Positions 45,860 to 55,119 of a DNA stretch of 64,000 nt are shown piece by piece. Source of the stretch: Candidatus Falkowbacteria bacterium HGW-Falkowbacteria-1. Its GTDB lineage: Bacteria > Patescibacteriota > Patescibacteriia > Patescibacteriales > UBA12465. Positions within the stretch are counted from its first letter, which is position 1, and the number at the start of each line of letters is the position of its first letter. Both the position numbers and the translations under genes were made by a program. The stretch spans positions 29,734 through 93,733 of the forward strand of contig PHAI01000001.1 of the NCBI GenBank assembly GCA_002840305.1, read 5' to 3'. The notes below the pieces were generated by a model. The model was not told where the DNA came from and did no database searches. It saw only the letters and a program-made list of their open reading frames with translations.

Positions 45860-46420
45860 ATGGCTTTGTGGATTATTTTAGGGATTTTATTCGTTTTGGT
45901 AGTGGCCGTTATTTCAATGTATAATGGCTTGATTCGTCTTAAAAACAGGGTTGATGAAGCTTGGAGTGATATTGATGTTCAACTAAAAAGACGTTATGAT
46001 CTTATTCCAAATTTAATAGAAATTGTTAAAGGTTATGCTTCTCACGAGAAGGAGACTTTTGAAAAAGTTGTTCAAGCAAGATCCAACGCGATGTCATTAC
46101 AAAATAGTGATAACGTCGAAGAGAAGTTACAAGCAGAGAACGCCTTGTCCTCAACTTTAAAATCAATTTTTGCTTTAAGTGAAAATTACCCTGATTTAAA
46201 AGCAAATCAAAACTTTTTAGAGTTGCAAAGAGAATTAGCTGATACTGAAAATAAAATTCAGGCCTCAAGAAGGTTTTACAATGGCAATGTTCGTGACTTC
46301 AATACTAAGTTACAAATTTTTCCAACAAACATGATCGCCAAACAGCTAGGTTTTTCATCGAGAAAGTTTTTCGAAATAGAAGAAGCTGCTCAAAAGGAAA
46401 ATATTCAAGTAAAATTTTAG
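45860..46420 (+). CDS. lemA: LemA family protein
   Basis: N-terminal TM segment; NRVDEAWSDIDVQLKRRYDLIPNL...RRFYNGNVRDFNT. Confidence 0.85.
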   Translation: MALWIILGILFVLVVAVISMYNGLIRLKNRVDEAWSDIDVQLKRRYDLIPNLIEIVKGYASHEKETFEKVVQARSNAMSLQNSDNVEEKLQAENALSSTLKSIFALSENYPDLKANQNFLELQRELADTENKIQASRRFYNGNVRDFNTKLQIFPTNMIAKQLGFSSRKFFEIEEAAQKENIQVKF

Positions 46421-46446
46421 ATTTTTAGTATTTATTATATCGTAAT

Positions 46447-46620
46447 ATGTTTAATTTTATCATTAAGAATGTTTCGGCTTCTGGGCTAGGGACCGAGTTT
46501 GCTCCTCAAGCCAGTATGACTGGTGGTAGTGATAGCATGAGCTTGTTTTGGGTAGTCGGTGGAGTATTGCTCATAGCCGGGGTTGCTGGATTTTTTGCCT
46601 ATAAATTTTTTTTGGAATAA
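46447..46620 (+). CDS. Small membrane protein (57 aa); not in the ORF track
   Basis: Hand translation gives MFNFIIKNVSASGLGTEFAPQASMTGGSDSMSLFWVVGGVLLIAGVAGFFAYKFFLE*. It has a C-terminal TM helix and lies between lemA and htpX on the same strand. Confidence 0.45.
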   Translation: MFNFIIKNVSASGLGTEFAPQASMTGGSDSMSLFWVVGGVLLIAGVAGFFAYKFFLE

Positions 46621-46744
46621 GTTAACTTTTCCACGTTAATTATGCTTTGTTAATTTTTCGTTTATTGGGGGTTTTTATTAAGTGTCTTTTCTGTTTGAAA
46701 AAACATTTAACGATGGCCCCCTCTAATAATTTTTAGAGATATTT

Positions 46745-47641
46745 ATGACCTTATATAACCAAAGTGATAAAAATAAAAGAAAAACTTGGTTTTTATTTTC
46801 GTCTTTTTTAATCTTTGTGATGGCCGTAGGCTATGTTTTTTCCTTGGCCTTTGAAGAACCAGCTATTGTTTATATTGCTGTGTTTATTAGTTTTTTATCG
46901 GCGTTTATTAGCTATTGGTTTAGTGATAAGATAGTTTTGTCTATGAGCAACGCTCATGAACTGAAAATAGATGATAACAGAGAGCTTTATCGTTTGGTGG
47001 AAAATTTATGTATAACAACGGGATCGCCCTTGCCAAAAATATATATGATAGATGATTTGGCTCCGAATGCTTTCGCTACTGGTAGAAACCCCAAAAACGC
47101 AGTAATAGCGGTTACAACCGGCCTTTTGGAAAAGTTAGACAGAAGTGAGCTGGAGGGCGTTATTGCTCATGAGCTTTCTCATATAAAGAGTTATGATATC
47201 TTGATTGCAACTTTAACTACAATCTTGGTCGGTATGATTGTTATTTTGTCTGATATTTTCGTTCGTTGGGCTTTTTTTCGTGGTGGCTCTAAAAGCAGTA
47301 GTAAAGATGGGTCAAAAATATTAATAATTATTATTGCGGTTATTCTTTCTATATTGGCCCCAATCTTTGCTTATTTAATGCAGTTTGCCATTTCTCGTAA
47401 AAGAGAATTTTTAGCTGATGCTGATGGAGCTCTTACCACTAGATACCCAGAAGGTTTAGCCAGAGCACTTGAGAAAATTTCTCAGGATGATAATCAGCTC
47501 AGGGCAGTTAACAAGGCAACGGCCCATTTATATATAGCATCACCTTTAAAAGAAAAGAAAAAAGCTTTCTTTGCTAAAGCTTTTATGACTCATCCTCCGA
47601 TAGAGGAAAGAATTAGCGCCTTAAGAGGAATGGAGTTGTAG
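46745..47641 (+). CDS. htpX: M48-family zinc metalloprotease HtpX
   Basis: HELSHIKS (HExxH), 4 TM segments, and a downstream EFLADADGA Glu ligand region. Confidence 0.9.
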   Translation: MTLYNQSDKNKRKTWFLFSSFLIFVMAVGYVFSLAFEEPAIVYIAVFISFLSAFISYWFSDKIVLSMSNAHELKIDDNRELYRLVENLCITTGSPLPKIYMIDDLAPNAFATGRNPKNAVIAVTTGLLEKLDRSELEGVIAHELSHIKSYDILIATLTTILVGMIVILSDIFVRWAFFRGGSKSSSKDGSKILIIIIAVILSILAPIFAYLMQFAISRKREFLADADGALTTRYPEGLARALEKISQDDNQLRAVNKATAHLYIASPLKEKKKAFFAKAFMTHPPIEERISALRGMEL

Positions 47642-47657
47642 TAGAATTATTAGGATT

Positions 47658-47731
47658 CTTGAGATATTTGTGAAGCTTGAGATAAAAATCCTAACAATCT
47701 TAATGATTCCAAGAGTCTTAATAATCTTAAT
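47658..47731. repeat. Inverted 9-nt phased arrays ending at the pyk start region
   Basis: cttgagata occurs twice, 18 nt apart in reverse orientation. Then aatcctaac|aatcttaat|gattccaag|agtcttaat|aatcttaat. Confidence 0.75.
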
Positions 47732-47740
47732 TTGTTAAAT

Positions 47741-48790
47741 ATGGATACAAAAATAATAGCTACAATTGGACCAAAATCAGAAAATCATGCCATTTTGAAA
47801 TCTATGATTCTAAGTGGTTTGGACATGGTTCGTATAAATTTTTCTCATGCCAGTTATGATCAGTACTACAGGGTCAAAGGAACTTTGGATATAATAAAAG
47901 AAGAAACCGGCATTGACGTAAAAATATTGTTTGATTTACAGGGACCAAGAATTAGGGTGGGCAAGTTAAATCACGATGTTTTAATGAATGATGGTGACGT
48001 TTATTCTTTTTTATTTCAGAAAGGGGATATTGATAACATGGAAATTCCAATCGATGATGCGGAGCTAATTCAGGACTTGAAAATCGATGATCCAATCTTT
48101 TTGGACAATGGCTCAATAGAGCTCAAGGTCATAGAATTAGATTTGTTAAATCAAAAATTTTTAGCCAAAGTGGAGCGAGGCGGTTTGCTTTTACCTCGCA
48201 AGGGTTTAAATGTCCCAAAAACAGTTTTAAAAAGGCCAATACTTACAGCTAAAGATCTACTTGATATTGAATTCGCTAAAAAAGTAAAGCCGGAATACAT
48301 CGCTATTTCTTTTGTTCAAAATAGCCAGGACGTGGTTGAATTAAAGAAAATACTGAATAATGACGACATAAAGATCGTCTCTAAAATAGAAAGAGCCGTA
48401 GCGCTTGACGATATCGATAATATTATTAGGAAGTCGGATTGCATAATGATCGCCAGGGGTGATTTAGGGATAGAAATGCCAATGGAAGATTTACCTATTA
48501 TTCAAAAAAATTTGATAAGACATGCGCATTGGCATAACAAACCAGCTATAGTGGCGACCCAAATGATGGCTTCCATGATTGATCATTATCGCCCAACCAG
48601 AGCAGAGGTGAGTGACGTGGCCAATGCTATTTTTGACGGATCAGATGCTTTAATGCTTTCAGACGAGACTGCCGCTGGTGCTTATCCAATCGATGCTATC
48701 AAAATAATGTCTAAAATAATAAATAAAACTAACGAATACTTCAATAATCGCAACTATTTTAATGATTCAGATGTTATTTATAAAAAATAA
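47741..48790 (+). CDS. pyk: Pyruvate kinase, short form (A and B domains only)
   Basis: MDTKIIATIGP, RINFSHA, DLQGPRIR, MIARGDLGIE, ATQMMASM, MLSDETAAGAYP. The protein ends ~30 aa after the A domain. The track start TTG 47732 was replaced by ATG 47741. Confidence 0.85.
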   Translation: MDTKIIATIGPKSENHAILKSMILSGLDMVRINFSHASYDQYYRVKGTLDIIKEETGIDVKILFDLQGPRIRVGKLNHDVLMNDGDVYSFLFQKGDIDNMEIPIDDAELIQDLKIDDPIFLDNGSIELKVIELDLLNQKFLAKVERGGLLLPRKGLNVPKTVLKRPILTAKDLLDIEFAKKVKPEYIAISFVQNSQDVVELKKILNNDDIKIVSKIERAVALDDIDNIIRKSDCIMIARGDLGIEMPMEDLPIIQKNLIRHAHWHNKPAIVATQMMASMIDHYRPTRAEVSDVANAIFDGSDALMLSDETAAGAYPIDAIKIMSKIINKTNEYFNNRNYFNDSDVIYKK

Positions 48791-48801
48791 ATAAAGAAAA
48801 T

Positions 48802-48850
48802 AGATCTCTCCGCTCGCCATCCGCAGGATGACTCGGTCGAGATGACAAAA
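48802..48850 (+). repeat. REP-like element, copy C (long form with inner hairpin)
   Basis: AGATCTCTCCgctcgCCATCC-gca-GGATGActcGGTCGAGATGACAAAAG. Confidence 0.8.
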
Positions 48851-48857
48851 GAGGGGT

Positions 48858-48886
48858 TTGTCCTTTAGAGACTTTTGTGCTATAAT
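48858..48886 (+). promoter_or_regulatory. Promoter with extended -10 upstream of the sigma factor gene
   Basis: TTGTCC (48858-48863), 17 nt ending in TGC, TATAAT (48881-48886). It leaves a ~100-nt leader with hairpins. Confidence 0.5.
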
Positions 48887-48987
48887 AAACTTAGCAAAAA
48901 GGGTCTAAATACCCTATATTTTGTTTGTGTTTGCCCTTTTTTGCTTATAGGCGACAAACATTCTAAAAAGTAAAAAGTTAAAATAAA

Positions 48988-49560
48988 ATGAGTTTGGATG
49001 TAGTAGAAAAATTTAAAGATAAAAAATTAAAAGAAAAAATAAAAAATAAAGATCAAAAAGCCTTTGAAGAGCTTTATGAAAAAAATGCTGATGATATTTA
49101 TCGTTTTATTTTTTTCAAAATCGGCAAAAAAGATGAGTCGGCTGATTTGTCGTCTCTATCTTTTTTGAAAACTTGGGAGTATATTCAAAAGAACTCCATG
49201 TCTAACAAGGAAACGCTTAGAGCGCTGTTATATAAAATAACTAGAAATGTTATTATTGATCATTATAGAAGCAGTAGAAAAGATAATATTTCCTTGGATG
49301 ATAAAGAAAACAAAATAGATGTTATTGATGAAAATCAAGATGTTAAGTCAAATATTTCGACCCAGATTGATTATGAGATTTTGTCCGAAAAAATGATGGA
49401 GCTCAAAAATGAATACAGAGAAATCGTTATAATGAGATATGTTAATGAACTTAGCCTGGAAGAGATAGCACAGATAACTGGTAAAAAAAAGATAAACGTT
49501 AGAGTATCGCTTCATCGAGCACTTAAAGCTTTAAAGGATATAATGGGAGCAGAGGGATAA
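48988..49560 (+). CDS. Sigma-70 family RNA polymerase sigma factor (ECF-like, regions 2 and 4)
   Basis: Region 2 DIYRFIFFKIGKKDESADL...IIDHYR. Region 4 HTH LSLEEIAQITGKKKINVRVSLHRALKALK. Confidence 0.8.
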   Translation: MSLDVVEKFKDKKLKEKIKNKDQKAFEELYEKNADDIYRFIFFKIGKKDESADLSSLSFLKTWEYIQKNSMSNKETLRALLYKITRNVIIDHYRSSRKDNISLDDKENKIDVIDENQDVKSNISTQIDYEILSEKMMELKNEYREIVIMRYVNELSLEEIAQITGKKKINVRVSLHRALKALKDIMGAEG

Positions 49561-49578
49561 GTCTGCCCCTTTTTTTAT

Positions 49579-50523
49579 ATGGAAAATGAATTAATGTTTT
49601 CAATTATTGTTCCCGTTTATAATGAGCAACATTCTTTGGCTGGTTTGCATAAAGAAATTGTTGAGACAATGAATTCTTTGAAAAATAATTTTGAAATTAT
49701 CTTTGTTAATGATGGTTCAATTGATGGAACCTTGGAGGAATTAAAAATTCTTAGTCCTATAAAAATAATAAATTTTCGTAGAAATTTTGGTCAGACCTCA
49801 GCCCTGGATGCAGGAATAAAGATGGCTGCAGGAAAATATTTAATAACCATGGATGGTGATGGTCAAAACAACCCAATCGATATACCAAAGTTGTTCGATA
49901 AATTGATAAGAGATGATTTGGATTTAGTTTCTGGTTGGAGAAAAGACAGAAAAGATAAGTTTTCAAAGAAATTTTTTTCAAAAGTTATTGCTAGGTTGAG
50001 AAAGTTTTTAATAAATGATGGTATTTCTGACAGTGGCTGCACTTTAAAAATTTATAAAAAAGAATGTTTTGACACCTTAAATTTGTATGGAGAAATGCAT
50101 CGATTTATTCCGGCTATTTTAAAAATTAGAGGATTTAAAATGGGAGAAATTGAAGTTTCTCATCGCCCAAGATTAAGTGGGAAAACAAAATATACATGGA
50201 GAAGGGGCGTGAAGGGCGTTTTGGACCTTTTTTCTGTTTGGTTTTGGTATAAATATGTTCAGAGACCACTACATCTTTTTGGTGGCCTTGGCATATCTTT
50301 AATTCTTTTATCTTTTGTTTCTGGTGTATTTGTTATTTATTTAAAATTCTTTAAAAATCAAAGCTTGTCGGATACTGTTTTGACTGATTTGACGTTATTT
50401 GGATTCTTTATTGGTGTGTTACTTCTTGTATTTGGTCTAATGTCTGACATTTTAGCTAGAACTTATTTTAATACTGCCCAGAGAAGACCATACAATATTA
50501 AAGAAATAATAGAGAATAAGTAA
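49579..50523 (+). CDS. GT2 polyprenyl-phosphate glycosyltransferase (GtrB/ArnC/Dpm1-like)
   Basis: FSIIVPVYNE, VNDGSIDGT, MDGDGQNNP, and two C-terminal TM helices. Confidence 0.8.
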   Translation: MENELMFSIIVPVYNEQHSLAGLHKEIVETMNSLKNNFEIIFVNDGSIDGTLEELKILSPIKIINFRRNFGQTSALDAGIKMAAGKYLITMDGDGQNNPIDIPKLFDKLIRDDLDLVSGWRKDRKDKFSKKFFSKVIARLRKFLINDGISDSGCTLKIYKKECFDTLNLYGEMHRFIPAILKIRGFKMGEIEVSHRPRLSGKTKYTWRRGVKGVLDLFSVWFWYKYVQRPLHLFGGLGISLILLSFVSGVFVIYLKFFKNQSLSDTVLTDLTLFGFFIGVLLLVFGLMSDILARTYFNTAQRRPYNIKEIIENK

Positions 50524-50538
50524 TTATTCTTTTTTGCT

Positions 50539-51645
50539 ATGAAAAGAATATTAATTTTAAATTATGAATTTCCTCCTTTGGGGGGCGGGGCGGGCAATGC
50601 TACCCACTATCTTCTTAGGGAGTTTTCTGGTTATCACGACTTAGAGATTGACTTGGTTACCTCTTCTGTCGATGAATTTAAAATTGAAAAAATATATAAA
50701 AATGTAACGGTTCATTTTTTAAACATAGGGAAAAAGAATAAAAGATTACACTATCAAACGTTGAAAGATATCTTGGTTTATTCTTTTAAGGCTTATTTTT
50801 ACTCAAAGAAATTAAAAAAAAGAAAAAATTTTGATTTCTGCCATGCTTTTTTTGGTATACCATGTGGTTATATAGCAATGAAGCTAGAATTGCCCTATAT
50901 CATTAGTTTGAGAGGCAGCGACGTTCCATTTTATAGTAAAAGATTTTATTTTTTAGATAAAATATTATTCAAAAGATTAAGCTTTAAATTGTGGAAAAAT
51001 GCTAAAAAAGTTATAGCAAACTCTGAAGATTTAATGTTGTTGGCCTTAGAGGTAAACAAAAATCAAAAAATTGTTGTCATAGGAAATGGTGTCGACACTC
51101 AAGAATTTAAACCATTAGAAAAAAAGCTTTTTACAAGACCTATAAAAGCGATTTCGACAGGAAGATTGATAGAGAGGAAGGGTTATGAATTTTTGATAGA
51201 AGCTATTTCTGGTCTTCAAGAGATGGAACTTGAATTGATTGGAGATGGTAGAATAAAAGACAAATTAAAAAAAATAGCAAAAGAAAAAAACGTAAATATA
51301 AAATTTTTAGGCAAGAAGTCTCATGATCAAATAGCTAGTTATTTACAAAGAGCCGATATTTTTGTTTTACCCTCTTTAAACGAGGGAATGTCCAATTCGA
51401 TTTTAGAGGCCATGTCTTGCGGTTTGCCAATAATTATGACCGATACTGGTGGCAAAGAGTTAATAAAAAATAACGGATTTATTGTTAAGAAGGGCAGTGC
51501 GGAGGAATTAAAACTGGCTTTAACAAGATTTGTTAATGAACCACGATTAATTTTAGAAATGGGAAAAAATTCCAGAGAATTAGCTGAAAAAATAAGCTGG
51601 AAGATTGCTTCTCGGGAGTATAGAAAGATTTATGACCTCATTTAA
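50539..51645 (+). CDS. Glycosyltransferase family 4 (GT-B)
   Basis: LNYEFPPLGGGAGNA N-terminus; EGMSNSILEAMSCGLPIIMTDTGG (E-x7-E region). Confidence 0.8.
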   Translation: MKRILILNYEFPPLGGGAGNATHYLLREFSGYHDLEIDLVTSSVDEFKIEKIYKNVTVHFLNIGKKNKRLHYQTLKDILVYSFKAYFYSKKLKKRKNFDFCHAFFGIPCGYIAMKLELPYIISLRGSDVPFYSKRFYFLDKILFKRLSFKLWKNAKKVIANSEDLMLLALEVNKNQKIVVIGNGVDTQEFKPLEKKLFTRPIKAISTGRLIERKGYEFLIEAISGLQEMELELIGDGRIKDKLKKIAKEKNVNIKFLGKKSHDQIASYLQRADIFVLPSLNEGMSNSILEAMSCGLPIIMTDTGGKELIKNNGFIVKKGSAEELKLALTRFVNEPRLILEMGKNSRELAEKISWKIASREYRKIYDLI

Positions 51646-51692
51646 GATTCTTTTTTAGGAAGTTAGAAAAATGTAAAAAATAATACTTGTTT

Positions 51693-52850
51693 ATGAAAGT
51701 GGCATATATTTTTTTGAATAACCTAAAAAGCAAAGAGGCTTGTGTCCATCAAGCCTTATCTTTTGTTTCCAATTTTTCGAAATATGATAATATAATTTTT
51801 TTTTCCAGCTTTATTTCTAAGATAGAATTTACGAAAGTCCTGAATTTCTTTTTAATAGACAACAATTTTAAGACGGTAAGAGCCCCTTTTGTGGTTGTGA
51901 ACAATAATTTTTTTATTGAAAAAATCGGGAGGCTTCTTTCCTGCTTTTTTGTTTTTTTATATTTAAAATTAAAAAAGTTTGACGTAATATATACAGAAGA
52001 TTTTTCATTTGTATATTTTTTGTCATTTATACCTAAGCGGCTTAGGTTTAAAGGCAAAATATTTTTTGAATCTCATAAAATATTCTTTAAAACATCTAAT
52101 AAAGTTAGTTACGAGCAAGAAAATAAAGCCTATAATTCGGTTGATCGTTTTATTTCAGTATCAAAAAATTGCAAAGATGACTTGTCTTTAATTTTTGGAA
52201 TAAAAGATGATAATATAATTGTTTTGCCTAATGCGGTTGATTTTGTTGGGCTTACTGATTTAAAAGAAAGATATAGAAAGCTTGATTCTGTAATAAAAAA
52301 AGAAAAAAAAGATTTTTTCCTTTTGTATTCAGGGTCGTTTATTGCCTGGAAGGGGCTCGACGTTCTTATAAAGGCTTTGAAATACACAGAAAAAGATATT
52401 AAAGCGTTGCTTGTCGGTGGTAATAAAAAAGATATTGATGTTTTGCAAAGATTGGCAGAGAAAGAGCTGGTCGCGGATAAGGTCCTATTAGTAAATAAAA
52501 AAAATAAAAAAGATCTTGTAAAATTCATGCTTTGTTGTGACATTGGTATTTTACCCAATAATACGGATAGCAACAATGTTTATACTAGCCCAATGAAAAT
52601 TTTTGAATATATGGTTATTGGTTTGCCTATTGTATCCTCAGAAATATCATCGGTTAAGGATATTTTAAGAGACATGGAAAACGTCGTTTTCTTTAAAACT
52701 AACAATGAAAAAGATTTGGCTCATAAAATAAATTTTTTATATAACAACAGAGATGTTTGCGGTCGTCTTTCAAAAAACAATTTGAAATATGTAAAAGAGT
52801 TTGATATAAACATTAGGTCTTTAAAGATAAGAGATTTTTTTCAGGCCTAG
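51693..52850 (+). CDS. Glycosyltransferase family 4-like (GT-B)
   Basis: C-terminal SPMKIFEYMVIGLPIVSS region. Start set at ATG 51693 (track TTG 51687). Confidence 0.7.
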   Translation: MKVAYIFLNNLKSKEACVHQALSFVSNFSKYDNIIFFSSFISKIEFTKVLNFFLIDNNFKTVRAPFVVVNNNFFIEKIGRLLSCFFVFLYLKLKKFDVIYTEDFSFVYFLSFIPKRLRFKGKIFFESHKIFFKTSNKVSYEQENKAYNSVDRFISVSKNCKDDLSLIFGIKDDNIIVLPNAVDFVGLTDLKERYRKLDSVIKKEKKDFFLLYSGSFIAWKGLDVLIKALKYTEKDIKALLVGGNKKDIDVLQRLAEKELVADKVLLVNKKNKKDLVKFMLCCDIGILPNNTDSNNVYTSPMKIFEYMVIGLPIVSSEISSVKDILRDMENVVFFKTNNEKDLAHKINFLYNNRDVCGRLSKNNLKYVKEFDINIRSLKIRDFFQA

Positions 52851-52888
52851 AATAAGTTTTTGTGAAAGGTGTCTATTAAAATCAATTT

Positions 52889-54180
52889 ATGAATAAAATA
52901 TTAAGAATTTTTAAAAAGTTTTTTGCATTATTATCGCTTAGGATTTTTTATGTCATTTTTTTGAAAACAAATAAAATAAAAGATGTAGAAAGTGCTTTAG
53001 AGAATAATGACAAGAGTAATGTTGTTATCGTTGGTGGAAACATCTTGAAGAACAAAGGCGATCAGGCTATGCTTTTTTTATTGTTGATTACTTAAAAAAA
53101 AATTATCCCTCCAAGAAAATATTCTTGTTAGCTGATCAGAGAGATCTCGCCGAATATACTTTTGAAAAAAAATATAATTTTACGGCTTATAATTGGACTC
53201 TGTACGACAAAATAAGTATTATAAGGTCTAAAGATAGTCTTGTCACCAATATAATTAAAGAATCTTCTTGTTTTTTTGATATTAGCGGTTATGCATTTTC
53301 TTCTAGTATTTTAAATAAGTTTAAGTTTAAAAATTTTGAACACTCTCTTTCTTATCTTATGAGCATAGTAGTTGCCAAGAATTTTTCTATTCCTTATTTC
53401 ATTTTGCCACAGTCTATTGGCCCTTTTGACTATCCGTTATTTTACAGGAAAATACTTAAATTTTTGTCGTTTTATATTTTAAAATATCCTCGAAAAATAT
53501 TTGTTCGAGAAAAAAAATATTTAGATGATTTAGAAAAAATAAGTGGAAGAGACATAGTCAATTTTAAGGACATTGTTCTAGTCGGTGAGGCTTATGATTT
53601 AAAAAACATTTATAAAGAACGGCCAGTTATTTCAGAAAAAAATATTTTAAATGATTCGGTCGGAGTTATTTTGAACAGAAAAATATTTGACAGAATAGGA
53701 GCGGATGAGTTTTTTGATGTTTATGATCTTGTAATTAAAAAGTTGCTATCTAAAAATAAAAATGTTTATATATTTAGACATTCCTACGAAGATTTAGATT
53801 TGTGCATAAGCCTTAAAAGCAAATTTGGGCACAATGAGAACGTTATTTTTTTTAATGATGATTTTAATTGTTTTGAATTAGAAAAAATTATTTCCAAGCT
53901 TGATTTTGTGATAGCCTCAAGATATCATTCTGTTATCCATGCTTATAAAAACAAGGTTCCAGCTTTGTGCATTTCTTGGGCTAATAAGTATTATGAATTA
54001 TTGGATTATTTTTCTCAATTAAAATATCTTTTTGATTGCAGACAAAAGATAAACAAAGAAGAGTTGAGCAAATCTTTGGATTCTTTATTAAGTAATTATT
54101 TGTTAGAAAAAGGATTGATAGGGGAAAAAATGGAAGAAGTAAGAAAAGAATATAGCATTAGCAGTTTGTTTAAATTTTAG
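52889..54180 (+). pseudogene. Polysaccharide pyruvyl transferase split by a frameshift at a T7 run
   Basis: ORF 52889..53095 ends ...VVIVGGNILKNKGDQAMLFLLLIT*. The -1 frame is open from 53020 and continues ...FIVDYLKKNYPSKKIFLLADQ into ORF 53125..54180. T-run at 53073-53079, A9 run at 53094-53102. Confidence 0.65.
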
Positions 54181-54189
54181 TAGTTTTAT

Positions 54190-55119
54190 ATGGAAAGTTT
54201 TAAATCTAAATCAGAAGAATTTCCTTTTGTTTCCGTGGTCGTTCCAGTTTTTAATGACGAAAAAAGAATTGGTAAATGTATAGAATCTCTTATTTCTCAG
54301 TCTTACCCTAAGGATAAGTATGAAATTATCATTGTCGATAACAATTCAAACGATGGTACGGTTGAAATAGTAAAAAAATATCCAGTAAAAATTCTTCATG
54401 AAAATAATATTCAAAGTTCTTATGCGGCCAGAAACTTGGGTATAAAAAATTCAAAAGGTGAAATAATTGCTTTTACCGATTCTGACTGTATTGCTGATAA
54501 AAACTGGATTTTAAATAGCATTCTTTTTTTTGGAGAAAATAAATGTGACTTAATCGCTGGAGATATTAAATTTTTCTATAAAAACGAACAAGATATTTTT
54601 GAAATTTTAGATTCTTTTGTGCACTTTAATCAGAAAAAAGGAGTTCTCAGCAATAAGGTTCCTACGGCCAATCTTTTTATAAAAAAATATGTTTTTGACA
54701 AAATTGGTTTTTTTAATTCTGATTTAAAATCAGGGGCCGATATTTTGTTGACAAACAAGGCCGTCTTAGCGGGGTATAACCTTTGTTTTTCTCTGGGCAG
54801 TATAGTTTATCATCCTACTAGAAATTTTAAGGAACTAATTTTGAAACACAGAAGAATAGCTTACGACAACATACCGAGTAGATTACAGCAGGGAGAAAGT
54901 GTTCTGTTTATTATTTATAGTTTGCTTGTAGATTTTCTACCTCAAAAAAAATTTTTTTATAAAAGGATAAGAAATATAAATTATAAAAAAAATAAAACTT
55001 TTTTAAGTATAAAGCTTTTTTTCGCTAATTGGTTTATAATTTTTATTACTAACATTTATAGATTCGTTTATTTAAAAGACTTATTAATTAAAAAATTTAA
55101 AAAAAATGAAAAAAATTAG
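54190..55119 (+). CDS. Glycosyltransferase family 2
   Basis: VSVVVPVFNDEKRI, IIVDNNSNDGT, FTDSDC. Confidence 0.8.
   Translation: MESFKSKSEEFPFVSVVVPVFNDEKRIGKCIESLISQSYPKDKYEIIIVDNNSNDGTVEIVKKYPVKILHENNIQSSYAARNLGIKNSKGEIIAFTDSDCIADKNWILNSILFFGENKCDLIAGDIKFFYKNEQDIFEILDSFVHFNQKKGVLSNKVPTANLFIKKYVFDKIGFFNSDLKSGADILLTNKAVLAGYNLCFSLGSIVYHPTRNFKELILKHRRIAYDNIPSRLQQGESVLFIIYSLLVDFLPQKKFFYKRIRNINYKKNKTFLSIKLFFANWFIIFITNIYRFVYLKDLLIKKFKKNEKN

Noticed and set aside
46660-46720. A G5 run and a C5 run upstream of htpX, considered as a second CsoR-type operator.
   Set aside because: The two tracts are ~40 nt apart rather than forming a compact palindrome. They more likely form a leader hairpin or occur by chance.
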